Shown here piece by piece: positions 41,718-53,083 of a stretch of DNA of 62,932 bases. The position numbers and the translations under genes are program-made. The notes beneath the pieces were generated by a model. The model saw only the letters and a list, made by a program, of their open reading frames with translations, was not told where the DNA came from and ran no database searches. The first letter of the stretch is position 1, and the number at the start of each line of letters is the position of its first letter. This DNA comes from Candidatus Aminicenantes bacterium (lineage in GTDB: Bacteria; Acidobacteriota; Aminicenantia; Aminicenantales; Saccharicenantaceae): assembly GCA_041303965.1 (NCBI GenBank), contig JBFYOD010000165.1:1-62932 (forward strand). Reading direction: 5' to 3'.

Positions 41718-43635
41718 GGTCCCGATCGTCATCTTCATCGGCCAGCCGAACAGCGGCAAGAGCACGCTCTTCAACTCCATCGCCGGGCACAAGGCGGAAA
41801 CCTCGAATTTTCCCGGCACGTCGATCAAGCACACCCACAGCCGGGTCAACATCGAGGGCCGGCTCCTCGACATCGTCGACCTGCCCGGGACATATTCGCT
41901 CTGCACGACCGACCCCGCCGAGCAGGTCGTCCTGACGCACCTGTTCTCGGAGCGGCCCGACCTCGTCGTCAACGTCGTCGACGCCTCGACCCTCAGCCGC
42001 GGCCTGGAGCTCACGCTCGAGCTCGTCGAGCTTGGCTATCCAATGGTCGTCGCCCTCAACATGATGGACGTGGCCGAGAGGAAGGGCATCCAGGTGGACG
42101 CGCTGAAGATCGAAAAGATCCTTGGAGCCCCGGTGACGCCGACCATCGCCGCCCACGGCCGAGGCGTCAAGGAACTCCTGGAACGGGCCTTCGACGTCCT
42201 GGACAATGGGCAGTCTCTCCGGACGGTCCGCTGGTCGGGCGATATCGAAGAGAAGGTCGCGGATGTCGAGCGCCTCCTTCCGCCGGGCTTTCCGGTCATT
42301 TCCAACTCCCGGTTCACGGCCGTCAAGCTGATCGAGACGGCCGGCCACGCCTGCGGAGATTTTCTGGGGGAGGTCGAACCCGGGCTGAAGGAGACCGTCG
42401 ACCGCGTCCGGAGGGCCATCGAGGAGCACCGCGGTGCCCCCGGCTACGAAGTCATTTCCGCGGAACGCCACCACCAGGCTATGAAACTCTTTGAGGAAAC
42501 CGGCCGCGTCCTCCACGGCAAGCGGATGACCTGGGACAAGAAGGTCGATGCCGTCCTCATGCACCCGTTCCTCGGCTATGTCATCTTGGCGGCTGTATTC
42601 CTGGCCTTTTTCCTCATCATCTTCAAAGTCGGCAGTCCGCTCGAATCACTCCTCCTCGGGCCCTTCACCAAGCTGAAGGAGGCGCTATCCGCGCGTCTCG
42701 GAGGCGGCCTGATGTTCTACCTCGCCGAGGGGCTCATCCAGGGGGTCGGCGGGGGAGTGGCCATCGTCCTACCGTACTTTCTGCCTCTCCTCTTCCTGAT
42801 GTCGGCCCTCGAAGACCTCGGCTATCTCGCCCGGGCCGGCTTTCTCCTCGACGCCTTCATGCACCGGATCGGGCTCCACGGCAAGTCGGTCTCGCCGTTC
42901 ATCCTGGGCTTCGGGTGCAACGTTCCGGCCATCGTCTCGACGAGGATCCTCGAGTCCCATCGGGACAGGGTCCTGACCTCGATCCTCATCCCCTTCATTC
43001 CCTGCTCGGCCAGGACGACCATCGTCTTGGCTCTCGTGGCCTTCTATCTGGGGCCGCTCTGGGCCATGGGTTTCTACGTTGGGAACCTGCTCGTCGTCGC
43101 CGTCATCGGCTGGGTCATCAGCCGGTTCATGAAGGAGCCGTCGCCCGGGCTTATCTTAGAGATCCCCTCTCTCAAGGCGCCCCGGCTCGTTTCCATCCTG
43201 CGCAAAACCTGGCTCCAGGTTTATTCCTTCGTCAAGTTCGCCTGGCCCCTCCTCATCGGGGGCAGCCTCGTCTTGAGCTTGCTGAGTTACTTCCGGGCCG
43301 ACCGCTGGATCAACGACATTCTCGCCCCGCTCGTCGTCAAGGGCCTCGGCCTGCCCCATGAGCTCGGCGTGACCCTCGTCTTCGGCTTCCTGCGCAAGGA
43401 GCTGTCGCTCATCATGATGCTCCAGGCGCTCGGGGTCGACTATCAGAACCTCATGACCGTCATCAGCCGCGAGCAGATCATCGTCTTCACGGTCTTCATC
43501 AGCTTCTTCATCCCCTGCCTGTCCACCTTCGTCATCCTGTGGAAGGAGATCGGGAAGAAGTGGGCCTTCGTCTCGGCCGGGCTGAGCATCGGGATCGCCC
43601 TCGTCCTGAGCTGGGCCGTCCGTCTCGTCCTCTGA
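41704..43635 (+). CDS. feoB: Ferrous iron transport protein B
   Basis: GQPNSGKS, DLPGTYSL, NMMD, EDLGYLARAGF, PCSART. Confidence 0.96.
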   Translation: MNSPKVPIVIFIGQPNSGKSTLFNSIAGHKAETSNFPGTSIKHTHSRVNIEGRLLDIVDLPGTYSLCTTDPAEQVVLTHLFSERPDLVVNVVDASTLSRGLELTLELVELGYPMVVALNMMDVAERKGIQVDALKIEKILGAPVTPTIAAHGRGVKELLERAFDVLDNGQSLRTVRWSGDIEEKVADVERLLPPGFPVISNSRFTAVKLIETAGHACGDFLGEVEPGLKETVDRVRRAIEEHRGAPGYEVISAERHHQAMKLFEETGRVLHGKRMTWDKKVDAVLMHPFLGYVILAAVFLAFFLIIFKVGSPLESLLLGPFTKLKEALSARLGGGLMFYLAEGLIQGVGGGVAIVLPYFLPLLFLMSALEDLGYLARAGFLLDAFMHRIGLHGKSVSPFILGFGCNVPAIVSTRILESHRDRVLTSILIPFIPCSARTTIVLALVAFYLGPLWAMGFYVGNLLVVAVIGWVISRFMKEPSPGLILEIPSLKAPRLVSILRKTWLQVYSFVKFAWPLLIGGSLVLSLLSYFRADRWINDILAPLVVKGLGLPHELGVTLVFGFLRKELSLIMMLQALGVDYQNLMTVISREQIIVFTVFISFFIPCLSTFVILWKEIGKKWAFVSAGLSIGIALVLSWAVRLVL

Positions 43636-43655
43636 CGCCTTCCCCCGCTAAGAAC

Positions 43656-43682
43656 GGGACTATCCCCGCAGGGGACTGTCCC
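43656..43682. repeat. Short GGGAC/GTCCC palindrome between convergent genes
   Basis: GGGACTATCCCC-GCA-GGGGACTGTCCC. Confidence 0.55.
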
Positions 43683-43684
43683 TC

Positions 43685-45466
43685 TTAATCCCCCAACTCC
43701 GCCTCGAGCCGCTCGTACAATCTCGCCGCCGCGGCCGCGCCGACGAGTTTTTCGAGTTCCTCCCGCGGGGCGGCTCTCATCGCTTCGAGGCTCGAGTAAC
43801 GGGAAAGCAGCGCGGTCCTCTTTTTCGGGCCGACGCCCGGGATGCCGTCGAGCCTCGAGGCGAAACTCCTCTTCTCCCGGCGGCCGCGGTGAAAGGCGAT
43901 GGCGAAGCGGTGAGTTTCGTCACGGATGGCCTGGATGAGTTTCAATGCCGACGAAGTCCTGTCGAGGCGGATGCCGTCGCGCGCTTCCGGGGTGAACAAG
44001 ATCTCCTCTTTTTTAGCGATGGAAACGAGTGGGACGGCGGAGATGCCAAGCGCCGCCAAGGCCTTGAGGGCGGCTCCGAGCTGCGGCTTCCCGCCGTCGA
44101 CCATGATCAGGTCGGGGAGAGGCCCCTTTTCGTCGAGCGCCCTCCGGTATCTCCGGGAGATGACTTCCTCCAAACTGGCCACGTCGTTGGCGCCCTCGAC
44201 CGTCCGGATGAGGAATTTCCTATAGCCGTCCTTGTCCGGCCGGCCCTCCCTGAAAACGATGAGGGATCCGACGGACTCCTCGCCGCCCGTATTGGAGATG
44301 TCGAATCCTTCGATCCAGCGCGGGACCGCGGGTAGGCCCAGAACAGTTTTTAGCTCCTCGAGCGGCCGGATGTCCTTTGTCTGCTCGCGGAGATAGGCCT
44401 CGGCGTTGCGGACGGCCATGTCGACGAGCTTCCGGTCCTTGCCGCCGCGTGGGACGAGGACGCGGACCTTGGCCCAGCCGAGCAGCGTTTGAAGACCCGT
44501 CGTCTGCGCGGGCCGGACGGGGAGGAGGAGCCGGGGCGGCGATTCGTGGTCCCTGTAGAAGACGGCCAGGAACTCGCCCAGGACGCCCGCGTCGGGGATG
44601 CCTACCGGGGTTTCGATGAGGCGCGCCGCCGAATTCCGGATCTTGCCCTTGCGCATGAAGAAAACATAGACGACCGCCCGGTTTTCATCCCGGGCCAGGC
44701 CGACGACGTCCTGGTCCTCTAGGGCTGTGGAGATCGTCCCGGGCCGGTCCCGGTAGTCCTCGATCGTGCGCAGGAGGTCGCGCCAGCGGGCCGCCTCCTC
44801 GAAATTTTCCTCGCCTGCCGCGCGCTCCATTCTTTTCTTCAACGTCCGGGCCAGCTCGGGCATCCGTCCTTCGAGGAAGAGGCAGGCGTTTTCGACGTTC
44901 TCCCGGTAGTCCTCCTCCGGGATGTACTTGACGCAGGGGGCCGAGCAGAGCCTGAGCTCGTGCTCCAGGCAGGGGCGCTTGCGGTTCCGGAAAATGGTGT
45001 CCTCGCATCCCCGGACGAGGAAGTGCTTGTTGACGAGGTGGATGGAGGAGCGGGCCCGGTGGGCCGGACTGAAAGGCCCGAAGTAGCGCGACCCGTCGTC
45101 CTCAACGCGCCGGCTGAAATATATCCCCGGATACGCTTCGCCGGTCGTCACCTTGATATAGGGGAAGCTCTTGTCGTCCTTGAGCCGGAGGTTGAAACGG
45201 GGCTGGTGCTGCTGGACGTAGTTGTTCTCGAGGAAGGCGGCTTCCTTTTCGGAACCGGTCAGGATGAAGTCGATGTCGGTCGTCTCGCGGAGGATGTTCC
45301 GGACCTTGAAGTCGGGGTTGGTCAGGAAGTAGGAGCGGACGCGGTCGCGGAGGGAGCGGGCCTTGCCGATGTAGACGACCTCGCCGGCCGCGTTCTTGAA
45401 GAAATAAATGCCGGGCTTGGCCGGCAGTTCGGCCGCCCGAGCTTTGAGTTCTTCGTAGTCCGCCAT
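43685..45466 (-). CDS. uvrC: Excinuclease ABC subunit C
   Basis: YIGKARSLR, FNLRLKDDK, IEGFDISN, DLIMVDGG, RDETHRFA, HhH motif. Confidence 0.97.
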   Translation of the reverse strand: MADYEELKARAAELPAKPGIYFFKNAAGEVVYIGKARSLRDRVRSYFLTNPDFKVRNILRETTDIDFILTGSEKEAAFLENNYVQQHQPRFNLRLKDDKSFPYIKVTTGEAYPGIYFSRRVEDDGSRYFGPFSPAHRARSSIHLVNKHFLVRGCEDTIFRNRKRPCLEHELRLCSAPCVKYIPEEDYRENVENACLFLEGRMPELARTLKKRMERAAGEENFEEAARWRDLLRTIEDYRDRPGTISTALEDQDVVGLARDENRAVVYVFFMRKGKIRNSAARLIETPVGIPDAGVLGEFLAVFYRDHESPPRLLLPVRPAQTTGLQTLLGWAKVRVLVPRGGKDRKLVDMAVRNAEAYLREQTKDIRPLEELKTVLGLPAVPRWIEGFDISNTGGEESVGSLIVFREGRPDKDGYRKFLIRTVEGANDVASLEEVISRRYRRALDEKGPLPDLIMVDGGKPQLGAALKALAALGISAVPLVSIAKKEEILFTPEARDGIRLDRTSSALKLIQAIRDETHRFAIAFHRGRREKRSFASRLDGIPGVGPKKRTALLSRYSSLEAMRAAPREELEKLVGAAAAARLYERLEAELGD

Positions 45467-45473
45467 GTGACGC

Positions 45474-47468
<1,995 letters not shown>

Positions 47469-47472
47469 TTCA

Positions 47473-47527
47473 GATATTTCCCAGAAGCGCGACTCCGAGC
47501 CGCTCCGCCGCGCTTCTGTTGGTCGCT
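47473..47527. repeat. CAGAAG-hairpin repeat module, copy 1
   Basis: Near-identical to 48163-48217 and to the reverse complement of 7792-7846. Confidence 0.8.
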
Positions 47528-47533
47528 CCTAAG

Positions 47534-47600
47534 AAGGGGTCAAACCTACTTTTTACACCCTTCTTGGCCCGAAAAGTGCAAAAGGTAGGTTTGACCCCTT
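47534..47600. repeat. GGGGTCAAACCTAC/GTAGGTTTGACCCC inverted doublet
   Basis: Arms 47536-47549 and 47585-47598. Confidence 0.85.
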
Positions 47601-47602
47601 TT

Positions 47603-47977
47603 TCATTCCTTCATGCGTATGGCGCCGCTGAAACGGGCGCCGTTGGCGATCGTGATCTTGGGCGAGATCACGTCGCCGTCCATCTCGGCCGTTTCGGAAA
47701 GGACCGTTTTTTCGGCGGCCCGGACGGTTCCCTTGAGCTCACCATGGAGGATGAGGGCCCGGACGCGGACGTCGGCTTCGACCCGGGCGCCCTTGGCCAC
47801 GGTCAGCGTGCCCGAGGGGAGGGTGATCTTCCCCTGGACCCGGCCTTCGACGAGCATGTCCTCGTGGGCCTCGACATCGCCGTTGAGGACGATCGTCGAG
47901 CCCAGCCGGGTGACGCCGGGAAATAGGGGCCTCTCGGGGCTTTGGGACTGAGGCGGATTCGGGATTTCATTGGACAT
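47603..47977 (-). CDS. Bactofilin (polymer-forming cytoskeletal protein)
   Basis: TRLGSTIVLNGDV...VEGRVQGKI...GARVEADV...GDVISPKITIANGARFSG; ATG at 47977. Confidence 0.9.
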   Translation of the reverse strand: MSNEIPNPPQSQSPERPLFPGVTRLGSTIVLNGDVEAHEDMLVEGRVQGKITLPSGTLTVAKGARVEADVRVRALILHGELKGTVRAAEKTVLSETAEMDGDVISPKITIANGARFSGAIRMKE

Positions 47978-48049
47978 CTTGGTCTCTCCCTCCCGGACGT
48001 TCTCCCTCGGATTATATTGTCGGCCGCCCCGCCTGTCAACGCGGCGGAA

Positions 48050-48252
48050 GGGGTCAAACCTACGGCGGTGAGCGGATTCTGAGGAGCGAGCTGCAGAATT
48101 GGGGCTGAGTGCTCCAGGCCCCAATTCTGCGAGATATCTTAGACGAGCGTACGCTTTATTCCGATATTCCCCAGAAGCGCGGCTCCGAGCCGCTCCGCCG
48201 CGCTTCTGATGGTCGCTTCGGAGACCTCGCTCCCTGCCGTAGGTTTGACCCC
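48050..48252. repeat. Inverted doublet enclosing two hairpins
   Basis: 17-bp perfect arms 48050-48066/48236-48252. Encloses a GCAGAATTGGGGC/GCCCCAATTCTGC hairpin and the CAGAAG module (48163-48217). Confidence 0.85.
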
Positions 48253-48295
48253 CTCTTGGGTTTGCCTCCATCTTCTTCCCCTCCTGATCGGCGCG

Positions 48296-48323
48296 TTGAC
48301 TTGTCGGCGGATTGTGTTAGAAT
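48296..48323 (+). promoter_or_regulatory. tRNA-Gly promoter
   Basis: TTGACT-N16-TAGAAT with extended TG. Confidence 0.6.
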
Positions 48324-48338
48324 CCTAAGACGTTGTGA

Positions 48339-48413
48339 GCGGGCATAGCTCAATGGTAGAGTACCGGCTTCCCAAGCCGGGTGTTGTGGGTTCGAGTCCC
48401 ATTGCCCGCTCCA
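48339..48413 (+). tRNA. tRNA-Gly(CCC)
   Basis: GCGGGCA acceptor; CCGGC-TTCCCAA-GCCGG; GGTTCGAGTCC; CCA end. Confidence 0.96.
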
Positions 48414-48438
48414 TTTTTTTCCCCAGAAGGAGCAAGCT

Positions 48439-48489
48439 AGATGGGGTCAAACCTACATTTTACTGCAAAAGGTAGGTTTGACCCCATCT
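48439..48489. repeat. Short inverted doublet after tRNA-Gly
   Basis: 18-bp perfect arms AGATGGGGTCAAACCTAC (48439-48456) / GTAGGTTTGACCCCATCT (48472-48489). Confidence 0.85.
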
Positions 48490-48517
48490 TAAGCTGGCCC
48501 CCTCTTGATGGTCCTGA

Positions 48518-49321
48518 ATGAAGACTTGGTCACTGATCGTTGAATCCGCCCCACTTCCCGGTTCCTGGAACATGGCCGTCGACGAATTCCTCTTCCGCCA
48601 GGCCGAGACGGCAACGCGCACCTTCCTCCGATTCTACCAATGGGAGAAGCCGACGGCGTCCCTGGGATATTCCCAGGACGCGAGCAAGGTCGTCGACGCG
48701 GCCTTCTGCGCGGCCCACGGCATCGACATCGTCCGGCGCATGACCGGCGGCAAGCTCGTCCTTCACGACCGGGAGGTGACCTATGCCTTGGCCTCGTCCG
48801 ACACCGAGGCCTTCACCGAGACCCTCCGCGACTCGTATCAGCTCATTTCCCGGGCCCTCCTGAAAGGGCTTGCCATCATGGGCCTCTCGGCCCGCCTGGC
48901 CGAGGCTCCACCGCCTTCCTATATCAAGGGGACGATGCCCTGCTTCGCCTTCCCGGCCCGCGACGAGATCGAGATCGGCGGCAAGAAGATCGTAGGCAGC
49001 GCCCAGAAGCGTAACGGGGCGCTCTTCCTCCAGCACGGCTCCATCCCCCTGGAGAAGGACGAGGCCCTCCTAGCCGCCGTTTCCAGGCCCGGCGAATCGG
49101 AGGAGGGAGCGGGCATGACCTCTCTTTCCGAAGCGCTCGGCCGGCCTGTGGATTTCGACGGGGCCGTCGGGCCCCTCGTCCAAGGATTCGCCGATTTCTT
49201 CGGGATCTCCTTCGAGCGTTTCGCCCTGGCCCCCGCCGACAAGGAGGCCGTCCGCGCCCTCCAAGCCTCGAAATACGCGTCCGATGCCTGGACCTATCGG
49301 GGGGGGACCGCCGCCCGTTGA
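48518..49321 (+). CDS. Lipoate-protein ligase family (LipM/LplA catalytic domain only)
   Basis: WNMAVDE, LRFYQW, VRRMTGGKLVLHD, KKIVGSAQ, QHGSI. Confidence 0.9.
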   Translation: MKTWSLIVESAPLPGSWNMAVDEFLFRQAETATRTFLRFYQWEKPTASLGYSQDASKVVDAAFCAAHGIDIVRRMTGGKLVLHDREVTYALASSDTEAFTETLRDSYQLISRALLKGLAIMGLSARLAEAPPPSYIKGTMPCFAFPARDEIEIGGKKIVGSAQKRNGALFLQHGSIPLEKDEALLAAVSRPGESEEGAGMTSLSEALGRPVDFDGAVGPLVQGFADFFGISFERFALAPADKEAVRALQASKYASDAWTYRGGTAAR

Positions 49322-49371
49322 CTTTTCTTCGACCCGGGTGTTACACTCCGGTCAGAAACGAGGTCAACGCC

Positions 49372-50271
49372 ATGAACGAAGTGGAAGAACTCTCCAAGCT
49401 GGACCCGGCCAGCCTTCCTCACCTCAAGCCCCTGCTGCTCGACGATCTTTACCTGAGCGTCTCCAAGAACCTGCACCTCGAGCTCGGCCGCGGCCCCGTA
49501 CTCTACCTCCTCTCGCCGAGCTTCTCCGTCCTTAACCCGACGGCCGACGAGAGCATCACCGAATTCATTACCCGGAAAGAAGTCCTCCTCGACTACCTCA
49601 AGGAAGCCATCGTTCAGAACCTGGCCGTCTACTCGGTGCTCATCGACATCAGCAGCTACTTCATCGAGCAGAACAACGGCCTCGTCCTGGCCCGCCTCCG
49701 GGAGCGGGATTCCGAGGGCCGTCGCTTCGAGATCAAGTTCTATACCCACTCGCCCCTTGAGCTTCTGACCCGCTACGAGGACAAGATCTACATCGGGCGG
49801 GATTTCCTCGACCTGTTCAGCCCCAACCGGAAATACTTCGGCGTCAAGGACTCGATCGTTTCCCTCAAGGCCCAGTTCGTGAGGCTGTCCGAGCGGGCCG
49901 GGTCCAAGCTGAAAAAGGTCCAGGAATTCGGGTCCTACTTCCAGGAGATCGGCGATTCGGTCAACGAGCTCCACAACGAGGGCCTGCTCATCCTGCAGAG
50001 CCTCCCGCCGCACCTCGATTTCGCCAAGCTTTCCGGCAAGGACCTCATCGACATCAATGCCCAGTACCGGACGATCAACCACTACGTCGTCGAGCTCCAC
50101 GATACGATCGCCGAGTTCGAGAACCTCCTCCGCTTCAAGGAGCGCTCCGACTTCGTGCGCTATGTCACGAAGTACAAGAAGGACGTGACCAACCTGATCT
50201 CCTACTTCAACATCAAGGTCAACGGCGTCATCGCCGAGCGCATCCGCCATTGTAAGACCAAGCACGTTTGA
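49372..50271 (+). CDS. Hypothetical soluble protein (299 aa)
   Basis: Strong host-like codon bias; RBS GAGG; no family recognised. Confidence 0.75.
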   Translation: MNEVEELSKLDPASLPHLKPLLLDDLYLSVSKNLHLELGRGPVLYLLSPSFSVLNPTADESITEFITRKEVLLDYLKEAIVQNLAVYSVLIDISSYFIEQNNGLVLARLRERDSEGRRFEIKFYTHSPLELLTRYEDKIYIGRDFLDLFSPNRKYFGVKDSIVSLKAQFVRLSERAGSKLKKVQEFGSYFQEIGDSVNELHNEGLLILQSLPPHLDFAKLSGKDLIDINAQYRTINHYVVELHDTIAEFENLLRFKERSDFVRYVTKYKKDVTNLISYFNIKVNGVIAERIRHCKTKHV

Positions 50272-50281
50272 AATCGGCATC

Positions 50282-50424
50282 AACCGCCGGTTTACGGCGA
50301 TGAAGTCCCCCTTCTCCCCCCGGCCCCCCCGGGAACCAGTCCCGACGGTTCCCCCATCGGCAAGCCGATGGGTCCTCCTCCGCTACGGGGGTCTTCAGGG
50401 GGACATTCATCGCCCCCGGCGGTT
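50282..50424. repeat. MITE/REP-like modular palindromic element, short form
   Basis: Inverted ends GGCGATGAA(T)GTCCCCCT; two arms shared with the 7719-7959 element in opposite orientation. Confidence 0.8.
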
Positions 50425-50444
50425 TCGCCGATATCGTCTGAAAT

Positions 50445-50480
50445 AAAAAAAAGACCGGTTCCCCAGGATGGGAACCGGCC
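50445..50480 (-). terminator. Rho-independent terminator of the ECF-DUF4097 operon
   Basis: CCGGTTCCC stem, 6-nt loop, 8-U tail on the minus strand. Confidence 0.8.
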
Positions 50481-50503
50481 TTAGTGGTCTTGTCTACTTA
50501 GTA

Positions 50504-51826
50504 CTAGAATTTCCGGCTGGCCGCCTCGATACGGATGTTCTCGTAGGTCGTGGACAGGTAGATCAACGGACTGTCCGAGTTGGCCGTGAAGGCCTTGACC
50601 AGGGACACGCCGTTCGTCTGATCGACGTCGGGCTTTTCCGGAAGGCCCCACTGGACCTCCCCGCCTTTCGATCGGGCCTCGAGACGCGGCGTTTCGCCGT
50701 CCGGCCAGGCCAGGTGGATCGTCCCGTACTCGTTGCGGACGTCCATGCCGTGCTTCAGGTCGCGGGGCTTGAGGACGACGTTGCCGTTGCGGAGGACGAC
50801 CGTGACCTCCGCCGAGAAATCGTCCAGGATGATGTTTTCATAGGAGGAGGCGATCGATATCCGGCTGCCCACAACGCCCGTCGCCGAAACGTCGGAGTTG
50901 CTGGCGGAGACCAGAAGATCCCCCTGGATCTTGGAGGCCTGGACGGGCTCGTAACTCGTGCTGATATCCAGTGCTCCGCGAACATTCTCCGCCATGACGG
51001 CCGAGTGGTGGGCGCGGACTGTGGCCGGGCCGACGTCGGAGAGGAAGACCTTTTCGTAGGACGTGTCGACGGAAACCGGCCCGGCGACGCGGCGCGCGTC
51101 GACGCCGACGTGCGAGCCGCGAAGCTCGGCCTTTTGCCCGGCGTCCTCGACCCGGATCCGGGCGTAGCTCGTCTCGACCCAGAGGTCGCCCGCGACCGAG
51201 ACGGCCCGGACATCGGCGTGGCTATTGGTGATCCGGCATTCGCCCCGGATGTCCTGAGCCTCGAGGTCTTCGTAGCTCGTCTCGAGCGTGCAGGGGCCCC
51301 CGATGTCGGATGCGAAGAGCTCGCCGTGGCGGTTACGGACGGAGGCCTCCTTGACCCCCTCGACGCGGACGACGCCGTAGCCGTTGGTGACACGGATGGC
51401 CATCGCCCGTGGTACGGTCAGGATGAACCCGGTCTCGAAGTTCTTCTTGCGGAATTCGTCCCTGTTGGTGTCGAGCGTCAACCGGTCGGACGCCGCGGTC
51501 AGGTTGTACTTGAGCCTCCCGGCGATATCCTTGGCTTCCTCCTCCGTCTTGCGCCAGACGACCTTCTTGAACGTCAGCTGGATGTCGGTCTGGTCTCCGC
51601 CGCGGACCTCCACCCACCCATGGCCGTTCGCGACCTCGAGGAGGGCGGGAAGGGGAGCTTCGATCGTGCGGGTCTCTTCATAGGTGAACTCCCGGCCGGC
51701 ACCGATGAAATCATCCCCCCAGTCATCCCAGTTGAGGTCGAGGTTCCAGTGACCCGTCTGGACCTGGTAGACGACGAGGCCGGCCAGGATCAGGACGACG
51801 ACGAGGAGGACTTCCCTAAATTTCAT
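50504..51826 (-). CDS. DUF4097 beta-strand repeat protein
   Basis: N-terminal TM followed by about 10 T-N/S-YG/HG beta repeats. Confidence 0.75.
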   Translation of the reverse strand: MKFREVLLVVVLILAGLVVYQVQTGHWNLDLNWDDWGDDFIGAGREFTYEETRTIEAPLPALLEVANGHGWVEVRGGDQTDIQLTFKKVVWRKTEEEAKDIAGRLKYNLTAASDRLTLDTNRDEFRKKNFETGFILTVPRAMAIRVTNGYGVVRVEGVKEASVRNRHGELFASDIGGPCTLETSYEDLEAQDIRGECRITNSHADVRAVSVAGDLWVETSYARIRVEDAGQKAELRGSHVGVDARRVAGPVSVDTSYEKVFLSDVGPATVRAHHSAVMAENVRGALDISTSYEPVQASKIQGDLLVSASNSDVSATGVVGSRISIASSYENIILDDFSAEVTVVLRNGNVVLKPRDLKHGMDVRNEYGTIHLAWPDGETPRLEARSKGGEVQWGLPEKPDVDQTNGVSLVKAFTANSDSPLIYLSTTYENIRIEAASRKF

Positions 51827-52040
51827 GGGTTTTGTCCGGGGCAGGCATCTCGGCGCGCTCTCTCCTCTCCTTGAGCCCGAGAAAGAGCTTGTTGGCGCCC
51901 CAGACGATCAGGATGACGGGCCAGAACCGCCAGACCTGGTCCCAGACGTCGATGTGGAACTGCTCGAGGAGGAAGATCCCGCCGAGGACGATGAGGATGA
52001 CGCCCCAGATGAGCGAATCGCGGTGTTTCTGTCTTGCCAT
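51816..52040 (-). CDS. LiaF/DUF5668-like small membrane protein
   Basis: WGVILIVLGGIFLL...WRFWPVILIVWG. Confidence 0.8.
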   Translation of the reverse strand: MARQKHRDSLIWGVILIVLGGIFLLEQFHIDVWDQVWRFWPVILIVWGANKLFLGLKERRERAEMPAPDKTHEI

Positions 52041-52052
52041 GGTTGACCTCCG

Positions 52053-52547
52053 TCAATTGCCTTTCTTGGACTTGGCCACGGACTCGGCGACGAGCTTGAG
52101 CCCGATGGCGATGACAACGGCCGGCCAGAAGCGGAACAGGTCTTCGTAGAGGATGATCTCGAAGTTGGCCAGGATGAGCAGGACGCCGAGGACGATGAGG
52201 AAAATGCCCCAAAAGATCGAGCCCGAAGGAACGAGCTCGGGGAGTCCCTGTCCGGAGGGCCCGGCGTCCGGCTTCAGGCCGGCGGCATTGAGGTTGATCG
52301 TTTTGGCGACCTGGATGCTGTCGATGATCTGAAAGAAATAGAACCCGGCCAGGAGCAGGGCTTTGAAGGGCTGCCCCCCGCCGCCGTCCTGGATGGTGAT
52401 CAGGCCGGCGAAGAGGATCATGTAGAAGATCCCCTTGGCGATCTGGCCGTTGTAGAGAGCGCCAGTGCCGGGGAAGATGATCGAAAGGATACCGGCCGCG
52501 GCCGGCGACTTCGGGGGCCGCTGTTGGATGACGACTTTCTCTTCCAT
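52053..52547 (-). CDS. TM2-like plus DUF5668 membrane protein
   Basis: KSPAAAGILSIIFPGTGALYNGQ; GSIFWGIFLIVLG...FWPAVVIAIG; ATG at 52547. Confidence 0.75.
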   Translation of the reverse strand: MEEKVVIQQRPPKSPAAAGILSIIFPGTGALYNGQIAKGIFYMILFAGLITIQDGGGGQPFKALLLAGFYFFQIIDSIQVAKTINLNAAGLKPDAGPSGQGLPELVPSGSIFWGIFLIVLGVLLILANFEIILYEDLFRFWPAVVIAIGLKLVAESVAKSKKGN

Positions 52548-52567
52548 GAATATTACCTCCGTTGGCG

Positions 52568-53083
52568 TTATTGAATTCCCTCGCCGCCCTTGAGGAGGTC
52601 GAGGGTTTTGATGGACTTGACGACGTTGCCGGCGAACGATCCGACTTCGGATTTGAGCGACCCGGCTCCGGCGTAGAGCTTTTCGACCGTGCCGATGCCG
52701 CGGTGGAACGTCAGGTCGAACTGCTTCCGGATCCCCCGGCCTTCCGGATGGAAGAGGACGAAGGAGACGGCGACGAAAAGGACGGTGAAAGCGGCGTAGA
52801 CGGGCTGGAGCGCGGGCCGGGTCAGCCAATCGAAGGCCGGCCGGAAAAATCCTTTTTTCTCGCGCTTCGCGGCCGGGATGGCGTAGAGGCTCGAGAGCAG
52901 GGCCGGCGAAGGCTCGGCCTCGGGGAAGGCGGCCATGGCCCCCGTCAGGTCCTTCATCAAGGCGAGGAGCCCGGCGCATTCGGGACAGGCGGCGAGATGA
53001 GCGTCCATTTCGGCCCGTTCGGCGGCGGCCAGATCGCCCTCGAGGTAGGCGGACAGCAGTTCTTCGAACCTTTGGCAGGTCAT
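52568..53083 (-). CDS. zf-HC2 anti-sigma factor
   Basis: MTC...LSAYLEG...HLAACPEC followed by a TM helix. Confidence 0.9.
   Translation of the reverse strand: MTCQRFEELLSAYLEGDLAAAERAEMDAHLAACPECAGLLALMKDLTGAMAAFPEAEPSPALLSSLYAIPAAKREKKGFFRPAFDWLTRPALQPVYAAFTVLFVAVSFVLFHPEGRGIRKQFDLTFHRGIGTVEKLYAGAGSLKSEVGSFAGNVVKSIKTLDLLKGGEGIQ

Noticed and set aside
47978-48271. N-terminal extension of bactofilin and ORFs at 48109-48353
   Set aside because: They run through the palindromic repeats; open frames there are incidental.
47473-48489. Possible CRISPR array
   Set aside because: Repeats alternate in orientation, spacers are 15-450 bp and contain genes, and there are no cas genes.
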